Position numbers and translations under genes: made by a program. A model generated the notes under the pieces. That model ran no database searches. It worked only from the letters and a program-made list of their open reading frames with translations, and had not been told where the DNA came from. A DNA stretch of 64,000 nucleotides from Patescibacteria group bacterium (GTDB taxonomy: Bacteria; Patescibacteriota; Minisyncoccia; UBA6257; JACRHW01): positions 294,568-358,567 of the forward strand of contig JAGWJP010000001.1 in the NCBI GenBank assembly GCA_028865725.1, written 5' to 3'. Below, in pieces: positions 18,188-27,700 of the stretch. Each line of letters opens with the position of its first letter. The first letter of the stretch is position 1.

Positions 18188-18682
18188 ATGGATGAAAGTA
18201 TGGATAAGAAGCGTTTGGTGTTGCTTCTTTTTTCTCTTGTTTTTTTGGGTGTCGTAGGGACGGGATGGGGTTTCGCACCCTCTTACGCATATGCGCGGTC
18301 AAAACCTGCGGGAAAAAAAGGACATAGAGTGCGCACGATTCCGTTTTCGAGTGTAATACTCAGTGAAAACCTTACTCGGAGTGAGGGACGCGGCGTTCTT
18401 GCATTCGAGGTGATTATGGGCCCAACATATCCTATGTGTCAGCCTCTATTCTCGGTCTGGCTTGATAGCGTACGCGTTGAGATGCGCAAAGATGGCAAGG
18501 CGTATACCTCGGTTCAAATTGAGGATGAGAATGAATTGGTGGGTGCCTTTGCAATTATTCTTGTTCCTCGCGCAGAGGATGTAGGAATGTGGAATAAATG
18601 GCTCCAATCTGTTCGCACACATGTGCGTACCATTCTTGCGCCGCTTACACCTCATCGTGTACTTCCGCCCGTGACTCCCTAA
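18188..18682 (+). CDS. exported hypothetical protein
   Basis: 164 aa with an N-terminal signal/TM. No domain recognised. Confidence 0.4.
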   Translation: MDESMDKKRLVLLLFSLVFLGVVGTGWGFAPSYAYARSKPAGKKGHRVRTIPFSSVILSENLTRSEGRGVLAFEVIMGPTYPMCQPLFSVWLDSVRVEMRKDGKAYTSVQIEDENELVGAFAIILVPRAEDVGMWNKWLQSVRTHVRTILAPLTPHRVLPPVTP

Positions 18683-18699
18683 GAAAGGAGGTGAAAATC

Positions 18700-18903
18700 A
18701 TGGGAGAGTTTCTTGTACCGAATCCACAGAGATGTGGAATAGGAAAAAAGGAAAAATGTTGCATATTTCTTGTTTTGGCTTCTCAGGGATTTCAGTGTGC
18801 TCGCGATACACCGTTGGGAAGAGTCCTTTTTTTCCGGAATGATATGAGCGCGAAACGAGCTCCCGTTAAACCTTATCCCGAGTGCCAGCTTGAAGAAGAG
18901 TAG
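18700..18903 (+). CDS. small cysteine-containing protein with strong RBS
   Basis: AAGGAGGTG lies 6 nt before the ATG at 18700. The 67-aa product is MGEFLVPNPQRCGIGKKEKCCIF...PECQLEEE, with 5 Cys. The start is internal to the track ORF 18598..18903. Confidence 0.4.
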   Translation: MGEFLVPNPQRCGIGKKEKCCIFLVLASQGFQCARDTPLGRVLFFRNDMSAKRAPVKPYPECQLEEE

Positions 18904-19011
18904 GAAATGTCGCTTGAGAACAAGCGACATTTTGTTTTTGGGAGCCTGGAATATATTCTGAAATATGTGAAGATATGTTATGGAATAGCGGACAATTAAT
19001 ATTTTTTATGT

Positions 19012-19767
19012 ATGACCTACAAAGAAACAAGGCTTCTCATGGGAATGCCGATTACTGTAGAAATCGTAGACAAGATGGAAGGTCCTCAGGATATTGAGGA
19101 TGTATTTGCGTACCTTATATATATTGATGAGACGTTTAGTACCTACAAAGACACAAGCGAGATCTCTCGTATCAATCGAGGGGAATTAACGCCAGAAGAA
19201 TATAGTGATGACATGAAGACCGTATTTGCCCTTTCTCAAAGCATGAAGCAATCCACACATGGCTATTTTGATATCATGCGTGGTGATGGCACCTATGATC
19301 CTTCAGGGCTTGTAAAAGGATGGGCCATAGAAGGTGCTGTGGATATTCTTTCAAAAAAAGGTTTCTCAAATTTTTTTGTAGATGCCGGTGGTGATGTGCA
19401 GGTAAGTGGGCACAATGCGCAAGACGTCGATTGGAAGGTTGGAATTAGAAATCCGTTTCATCGCGATGAGATTGTAAAAGTGGTGTCTCTTCACAATGAA
19501 GCCATCGCTACTTCAGGAACCTATATTCGCGGTGCGCACATTTACAACCCGCTCAATCGTAGTGAGAGTCTAAACGATGTTGTGAGTTTGACAGTCATCG
19601 GCCCCACCATATGTGATACGGATTGTTACGCCACTGCTGCGTTTGCAATGGGATACAAAGGGATTCGTTTCATTGAAAATATTCACGGATTTGAGGGCTA
19701 TATGATTGACAAGGAGGGCATGGCAACAATGACAACTGGGTTTGAGCGTTATTGTGTCCCGCATTGA
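19012..19767 (+). CDS. apbE: FAD:protein FMN transferase (ApbE family)
   Basis: The four ApbE signatures are LMGMPITVEI, DPSGLVKGWAIE, DAGGD and AIATSGTYIRG. It has 251 aa and no N-terminal signal peptide or lipobox. Confidence 0.7.
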   Translation: MTYKETRLLMGMPITVEIVDKMEGPQDIEDVFAYLIYIDETFSTYKDTSEISRINRGELTPEEYSDDMKTVFALSQSMKQSTHGYFDIMRGDGTYDPSGLVKGWAIEGAVDILSKKGFSNFFVDAGGDVQVSGHNAQDVDWKVGIRNPFHRDEIVKVVSLHNEAIATSGTYIRGAHIYNPLNRSESLNDVVSLTVIGPTICDTDCYATAAFAMGYKGIRFIENIHGFEGYMIDKEGMATMTTGFERYCVPH

Positions 19768-19824
19768 TTTTTAAAAAAAGAACATGTGCTGGGGCATGTG
19801 TTCTTTTTTAACGAGGTTGTCTCG

Positions 19825-20463
19825 CTACCGCTCTATTCCCACACGGAACAGCGCGCGATCGTGTGCGAAAAGAACGCGGGCGATATGGGATATGGAGTAA
19901 GTGATGAAAAATGCGGAGAGCACATCAATCGAATAATGAAGATGCGCGAGAAGCACTACGACACCAAAAAATACGGCGGTAAGCGTAAAAATCACGCGGA
20001 GGTATTTATGATCCCAAAAAATAAGCGCCATTAAAAAAGGAAGTCCTGTGTGTCCGGAAAAAAACAAATCGCCTCCAAACGTAATATCTTTTACAAACTT
20101 TTGATTGTAATTAATTGCAACCTCAGTCGGATAGGGCCCTATATGAGTGAGGGTTACAAAAAAAGAACGAATAAACACAAAAAGAGCGATACTTTTTAAG
20201 ACAAAGGGAATTCTTTTGGGCTCCCGAATGCAAATAATCGTGACAAAAATCCAAAAGATAACAGGTCCATATACAAAAACATCACCAAGATTAAAAACAG
20301 GAATATTGTCGAGGATAATATCATTGACGGCATTGCTGGCATGAACGGTTGCATAAGTTCCCGCGTATATATTTACGAATAGACTTATCACGAAAAGCAC
20401 TACTCCGATCCCAAGGGAAGTAAGAAAATCCTTATTACTGAAATATTTTTTATAATGTCCCAT
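19825..20463 (-). CDS. PAP2_C / sphingomyelin-synthase-like membrane protein
   Basis: 212 aa with about 6 TM helices. The FFSGHTGLPFL and HYSIDV motifs match the PAP2_C catalytic His/Asp arrangement. Confidence 0.5.
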   Translation of the reverse strand: MGHYKKYFSNKDFLTSLGIGVVLFVISLFVNIYAGTYATVHASNAVNDIILDNIPVFNLGDVFVYGPVIFWIFVTIICIREPKRIPFVLKSIALFVFIRSFFVTLTHIGPYPTEVAINYNQKFVKDITFGGDLFFSGHTGLPFLMALIFWDHKYLRVIFTLTAVFFGVVVLLAHLHYSIDVLSAFFITYSISHIARVLFAHDRALFRVGIER

Positions 20464-20487
20464 GTAGTGTGATGGTATTAAGTATAC

Positions 20488-21549
20488 TTATTTTTCTATA
20501 GTTTTCAAGAAGGTACGATATTGTGTAATGATTGTTTCTACTTCATATGCATGATGTGTATCCATGAGTTTTGCGCGCAGTTCTTTTGCGCCGTGAAATC
20601 CATTCACATAGGCCTTATAATGTTTTTTCATAATATTGAAATTTTTTATACCATGAAATAACAATTCAAATCGCGCAGTGTGTTCTGCCAGTATACGCAA
20701 TCGCTCATCTAAGGAAGGCAACGACGTGTCGTTTTTGGAATTACCGATCTTCTTTTCCGGTAATCCGGAAAATAGCCAGGGATTTCCAAAAATACCGCGT
20801 CCAATCATTACTCCATCCAGGTTATATCGTTTCGATTTTTCAATTGCCTCATCTACGGTTTTTATATCACCATTGCCGAGAATACGGGTATGTGGAGAAT
20901 AGATATCGCGTAAAGAGATTGCGTGTCCTGCCAAACTCCAATTGGCCGGTACATCAGACATCTCTTTTCTTGTACGGAAATGAATAGTAATGACTGCAGG
21001 ATGTGCGGCGAGAAGACACGGAAGCCACTCTTCAAGGATCTCTGTATTAAAACCGATGCGTGTTTTTACTGATACCGGAATTTTTCCCGCACCCGCAATT
21101 GCCGCTTTTATTATTTCCTGCGCGCAAGCAGGGTTTTTTATGAGTGCTGCACCTGCTCCTTGTTTTTCTATTTTTCGATCAGGACAGCCCATATTAATAT
21201 CAATGCCGTCAAATCCAAGTGCGCGCGCGATTTGTGCGGCACGGTACATATGATCGGGTTTTGATGTGAAGAATTGTGCGACAATAGGACGCTCTTGTTC
21301 GCTAAACCACAAGTCCGGCAGTAATTTTTTCCCTCCCATTGAAATAAGCCCATCAGCAGAAACAAATTCGGTCCACATCACATCCGGTTTTCCGTACGTA
21401 GCAATAATGGAACGAAATGCTTCATCGGTTACGTCTGCCATGGGCGCCAAGGCAATGATTGGCTTTTTCAGTGTTTTCCAAAAACCATGGTGTATCATGG
21501 TGTGCTTCATACCATGATACAGATACACTATCAACCCCTCTCGCAACAA
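20488..21549 (-). CDS. tRNA-dihydrouridine synthase (Dus family)
   Basis: 353 aa. LAPMADVTD, IDINMGCPDRKI (the catalytic Cys) and VKTRIGF are consistent with a TIM-barrel FMN enzyme. Confidence 0.8.
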   Translation of the reverse strand: MLREGLIVYLYHGMKHTMIHHGFWKTLKKPIIALAPMADVTDEAFRSIIATYGKPDVMWTEFVSADGLISMGGKKLLPDLWFSEQERPIVAQFFTSKPDHMYRAAQIARALGFDGIDINMGCPDRKIEKQGAGAALIKNPACAQEIIKAAIAGAGKIPVSVKTRIGFNTEILEEWLPCLLAAHPAVITIHFRTRKEMSDVPANWSLAGHAISLRDIYSPHTRILGNGDIKTVDEAIEKSKRYNLDGVMIGRGIFGNPWLFSGLPEKKIGNSKNDTSLPSLDERLRILAEHTARFELLFHGIKNFNIMKKHYKAYVNGFHGAKELRAKLMDTHHAYEVETIITQYRTFLKTIEK

Positions 21550-21554
21550 TTAAA

Positions 21555-21658
21555 AGTTATCCATAACTACTCATCACCCGCATAAGTAATTAAAAATCTT
21601 CTGTTTGTAGAGGGATATGTATGAAGTTATCCACAATTGCATAAGGGTGAATGAGTGA
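21555..21658. promoter_or_regulatory. paired repeat / inverted-arm element in divergent promoter region
   Basis: Direct repeat AGTTATCCA(T/C)AA(C/T)T at about 21555 and about 21625. Inverted arms ACTCATCACCC and GGGTGAATGAGT. GCATAAG occurs twice. The element lies between the divergent dus gene and the giant surface-protein gene. Confidence 0.3.
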
Positions 21659-21724
21659 TATACTCCAAGGTGATAGTTTTTTAAAACTAACTTTATTTAT
21701 TTTATTATTAATTTTATAAGAAGG

Positions 21725-24700
21725 TTGCGTATGAAAAAAATCAATTTATTTTTTGCTGCCGTTTTTATTGTTTCTGCAGCAAGTTTTTTATACGAATCTC
21801 ATAATGTATCTGCATTTACCGTTGCAGGTGCATTTTTACGAGATTCACAATCATTTAACGTGTTGTTCGATGCTGATGTTGCAAGTTCGACCTTCTCGAC
21901 ATCGACGTTGTCGCTGAGTACTTCTACGCTTCAGGCGGTATCAACCTTCCCAGAAAATACTCGAGAAATTTTTGGAAGTGTCTCTGGTACACTCACAACC
22001 GCCGATACGGTAACGGTATCAAGTACGGCACACGATACGTTGGGCAATGCAAACCTTGCCAGTACGACACCGTTTACCTTTTTACCTGCAATTAAAATTG
22101 CTGCGGTTCGTTCTGGAACAACAGGAAATAATCTAAATGAGTTCATCATGTTATATAACACGATGAATCAAAGTTGGAATGCCAGCTCTGCTCTCCATCT
22201 CCACGTGCTTAATGCGAGCGGACACGACAACGTCATTCCGCTTACGTTTGCAACGTCAACTATTCCGGCAAATGGCTTCTTTTTAATTGCGTCTGCCAAT
22301 GGATATGGTGGTACGATATCTCCCGACGCAACGTATAGTTCTTCCACAGATATCTTAGCTACCTCTACTACCGCTATTTTTATAAATTCCACCTCAACTC
22401 CAACTGATGCTTCTTCTATAGGATCGGTTATTGATAAGGTGGAGTGGGGTGCATCGGCTCAAATTGGGTCTTCAGTTTCTTTCTCGTTTGCCACTACGAC
22501 TGCTAGTACAAGCTTACCGCTTGATTATACATTTGTACGCAAGGCATCTTCCGCGTCTACTCCCGTGAGTATGGCCTCTGGTGGATCTGATAGTAATAAA
22601 GGCAATGGATATGATACGAGAGATAATGCGCAAGATTTTGTAATGCTTTCCGGGTCGTTGTCACCTGCGCTCAAAAATTCTGCGAGTCCGAGCGAGTTTG
22701 CGTCCGGAGGAGGGGTGCAGGATGCGACTGTTCCTATTGTTATGGGATCGTTTCCAAGCGGAATGAATGGGGAGATGGTGCCCACGGATCTGCAGTTCGT
22801 TGGATTTGGGTTTAATAAATCAATGGACGGTTCTACTATCACCTCTTCTACTGTTTCATTAGTACAGCAAGGCCAAGCCACTAATATGTGTTCTTCTGTG
22901 AGTTATAGTAATTCATTTAATACCAGTGGACCTCCGGGGCAATGTACAATTCCTGCAGGCGCGCTTATAGCGGGTTCTACCTATGTTTTCACGATCAAGG
23001 GATCGAGCTCAACCCCGAGCGTTCATGATTCTTCTGGTAATGTACTGAATCAACCGAGTGGACAAAATGGAAATGCCAATCATGATTATCAAGTCATCTT
23101 TACTCCTACATCCGGTTTTACTCTTACTCCGCAAACCCCCCCCAGTATTATAGGAAGCTTTCCCGCACCCGGTGCAAATGGAATTCCTACTAATATATCG
23201 AGTATTTCAATTGGTTTTAGTCAAGCAATAGACCCCGCATCACTCTCTGGGGTTACCCTATTGAGGAGCGGAGGCTCTAATGTACTCAATGCGTTAACAC
23301 CAAAACTTTCTTCTGATGGAAAGTCTGCAACAATTCCCGTATCCGCATCTCCCCTTTTAGCGGGAACGACTTATACGCTCACTGTGCCCACGACAGTAAG
23401 AAATAGCAATAACGTAAATTTGCCACAGACGTATACTGCTTCATTTGTTACCGGTGCGTCTGGCGGTGATATGACGGGGCCCCTTGTGTTAGGACATCTT
23501 CCGAACATTGCGACGGGGGTTCCTGTGAACGCCACAGATATTCATCTTTCTACTGATGATGCGTTGAACCCGACTACGATTACTTCCAGTACGGTTCAAA
23601 TTACTGATGCCAACGGCAATCATATTCCTGGCACATTAACTTATGATTCACTTTCTCAGGAGATTGTGTTTGTGGCTGATAATGTATTTCAAACCAACAC
23701 TCTTTATACGGTAACGTTAAACGCAGCAAGTGCAACACCTGTGATCGAAAACGTGGTAGGATTGCCTCTCCAAGATAGTGACGGGAGTAGTGATAATAAA
23801 TATACATTTAGCTTTACCACTTCGGCGTCTCCTGATACGACCCAGCCTGGACTTTTGGTTGCGAATGCAAACACGTTTTCACTTTCTCTTACTTTTGATG
23901 AAGCAGTGAAACAGACAGAGGCAGAGAATATTGCCAATTACGCCCTTACAAGCGGAGGAAATCCTGTAACACTTTCTTCATTTAATGGGAATACTGCATC
24001 GTACGACCTTTCGACGCATACTGTTACCATCAATAATCTTGCGCTTACCGCAGGAGCATCTTTTAGTGTGACGGTTTCCAATGTGCATGATCTTTCAGGG
24101 AATGTTATCGATCCTACAAAGGTAAGTGCTGGTGGTACCGTTCTTGCCCCTACTTTAAATGGGGGTATCATTGGTATGGGTGGCGGATATATTGCCCCTA
24201 CCAACGGCTTGCCTACGGGATTTTCCAGTGGATCATTTGGTTTTGTTCCTCAGGTAGGTGTTCATCCCATGAATACAACTGCGGGATTTACATCTGGGTA
24301 TGCAGTCGATCTTCCTATTTCTACACAAATCCCTGCGTCGGGAAAAATTGTACTTACCTTTCCCAGCTCATTTACGCTGGCCAATGCTATTGCTGACACC
24401 TTTAGTCCCGCCAATAACGATATCAACGGACCAGGTACTGGTACTGTTACGATTGCAAGCGTAGTGGGCGATGATACAGCGCATACAGTTACCGTGACAT
24501 TAGGCGGTACAGGAACCCAATCGAATGGAGGTGATACGCATGACTTTTTGCATTTTGATCTCGCTCAAATCGTCAATCCTACTGTACCTAATACCGCGGA
24601 TGGTTATACGATTGACATACGAACACTAAATGGGTCAAACTCTCTCGAATCTTTTACCTCCATGCCGTTTTTCATAACTTCGGCAGGAAGTAATAGTTTG

Positions 24701-27700
24701 ACAGTAAATCTTACTGCAAGTGGCGCAACAAATGGAACTTCAACGGTATATCTTTTGTCTCCTCAAACAGGTCCTATTTCGAGAGTGTCAACGGCATTTG
24801 TGGGGGCGAGCTCAACCGTTATCTTTTCTGGATTGCAGAGTGGAATGTACGCACTGATGACCGATCCTATTATTACGCTCACCGGAGGAACATTTATTGG
24901 CCAGTCAAATCCGACTCCTGTGAATGTCAATGGAAGCACATCATTTGCTCTTGCGCTTTCTCCTGCAGGTTCGCTTGCTTCAACGACGGTAAGCATTCAT
25001 GCCACAGGAGCAAAAAAGGTTTCTGTATTTGCAGGGGGTCCTAATGGTTATGTTGACACGCCGCTTACCACTTCAAACGGAACGACTACGGTAGCGATTT
25101 ATTATCCTGCAAACGGTGATTATACGGTAGGTGTTGGTCCGCAGATGAGTAAAACGTTCAACGGTCCTCCTCCTGCACCTGATTATGTGATGCCGCAGCC
25201 AGTTCAAGTTCATGTTGCTTCAAATCTTGCTTCACAAACGACACTGAGTTTCGATCTTGTTTCCGCAGGTCTTACGATCGCCGGTTCTGTCAAAGATGGT
25301 TCTGGAAAAGCAATTACAGGTGCAAACGTGTACGCGTATTCCCCGCAGGGAGGATCAGGGACTTTTGGTACCACAGCATCAGACGGTAGCTTTGCATTAA
25401 ATGTTGCCGCGGGAAGTTATGAAGTAGGCGCACGCGCTCCAGGGTTTCCTTCTGGCATTGATACGCCAGTAGTCGTAGATTCTAGTGGCAGCCTCTTTGT
25501 AAATGGCGCTGCAGCATCTTCTTCCTCGGTAACTGTTAAATTAAGCAAGGGCGGTGTGACCATAAGCGGTAAGGTAACAGATGGAACCAATCCTGTTCAA
25601 GGAGCACAAGTGTGGGCATATTGCGACTCGAGCGTAAGTAACAATGCTTGTTTTGGGCCAAATAGCAATGTTTCTGCACAAACGGATTCTTCCGGAGCCT
25701 TTACACTTTATGTCGGCAATGGAACATGGAAGATAGGATCATTTATTCCAGGATATGGCCAACAGCCCATTCTTACCCAGGTTATTTCTGGTTCAAATGT
25801 AACGCTTTCTGATATTAGGCCGTCAGCAACAGGAACATTTGCGACAGTAAGCGGTACGGTGTGTACGAACACCACATCTGATTGTACGAGCGGATCTCCT
25901 TCTGCGGTTTCTGGCGCAATGATAAGAATTCAAGGAACGGACGCAAGTGGAAATTTCTATTCTAATTCTGTAATTTCTGGGAGCGACGGATCATACTCGT
26001 TTGCATCAAGCGTTCCTTCAGGAGCTGGATCAAGCTATCGAGTGCTTGGCAATGTGGCCGGGCTTGGTGAAATTGCGCCAACAGCAAACTTTTCTGTAAC
26101 AGGAAATGTGAGCAATAAAGATCTTGTTTTGAAAGCGGGGCGCACTGTGAATCTCAATGTGAGCAACCCGCCTTCCACCTACGATATGTTCCTTAAATTC
26201 ACAAACACTACCTCTGGAGTAGCTAATTATCTTACGTTGCACAATAATGCTTCAGGAACAATATCGCTTCAGAATGGATCTACCTATGCTATTGATGCGC
26301 GCGCGCAAGGATTTTCTTTCCCTGTTTCTTTGATTACATTGACAGGGGGTACGGCAACCTATTCAACATCGACGGGGCAGCTTGCTCTTAACGGAGGCTC
26401 CTCGGATACCGTTACTCTTAATCTCGCCTTTCCTGCAGCAAATGTGGTAAGCGGTACGGTGAAAGATGGTTCTGGTACGTTATTATCGAATGCCTGGGTT
26501 GATTTTGCCGATCCAACACACGGATCTCACTTTGGAACGCAATCTAATGCAAGTGGCACCTATTCGCTTCCTATTCAGGATGGTTCGTATCAAGTTTCTG
26601 TATATGCGCCGGGATACTTGCCAAACCCAACATCGCTTTCTTTGGATGGAGGCACGATCACACTTGGAAATGCAACAACTTCAGCAAGTACGGTAAACCT
26701 TATCGCGAACAAGTCGAACCTTTTAATTGCGGGTACTATTACTATAGATGGTTCTCCCGCAGCGAATGCGCTGGTAAAAGGTACGCTTTTGGGTGGTAGT
26801 ACAAGTATTGTGACTGCAAACACTGACGGTACATATTCTTTGCCTGTATCGAATGGCAGCTGGACGGTTACTGCTTCTGCAAATGGATATCAAAATAAAG
26901 ATTATGCTTCAACAGTTACCGTGAACGGTTCTTCGGTATCAGGAGTCGATATCAATCTTACTTCTCTTGCTACTCTCGGTAATCCATCAACCCTTTCTAT
27001 CGTGCCTTCTCAAGGCGGAACGCTTCAAAATGCTTCAGGCACGTTGACGATCGCAGTTCCTGCAAATGCATTGAGTACTTCTGCAAACGCTGGTAAACTC
27101 GCAGCAACCGAAACGAGTAATGTGATCAATACTGCTTCTGCAAAAGTTTTTGGAAACGGTGTTGATATCAGCGCGCAAGATTCTTCTAATAATCCGCTTT
27201 CAAGTGGGTTTACCGATAATGTAGTAATTACGATGGATATAGCAAGCTCCTCATTTGCTGCAGATGCCCTTACAAGCACTAGTACGGCAAGCAAGATGGA
27301 ATTGGGATATTTCAAATCCTCACTGAATGACTGGGTCCCCGTTGAGACAACGCTTACGTATGAGGATGCAAATGGTGCTCCTGTAACTGCGGCGAGCGAT
27401 TTGAGCAACGTTGACCATATCAGCCTGTCGGTTCCTACAAAACACTTTACCGTGTTTGGCATAATCACTCCCACCGATGCGCTTGCGCCAAGTGCTCCTA
27501 CTAACGTTTCTGCGACTCAAAGCGGATCTTCTGCGGTGGTGACATGGACTGCACCGACTACGAATTCTGATGGAACTGCGCTTTCCGATTTGCAGGAATA
27601 TGAGATATATCGGGATACAAGCGCAAGCGGGAGTTTTACAACGCAAGTAAATTCAAGCCAAGTAACGGGGACAACATTTACCGATTCCACTGTTTCAGCA

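Noticed and set aside
19786-20034. 82-aa plus-strand ORF overlapping the PAP2_C gene
   Set aside because: It overlaps a convincing membrane-enzyme gene on the other strand. It has no RBS.
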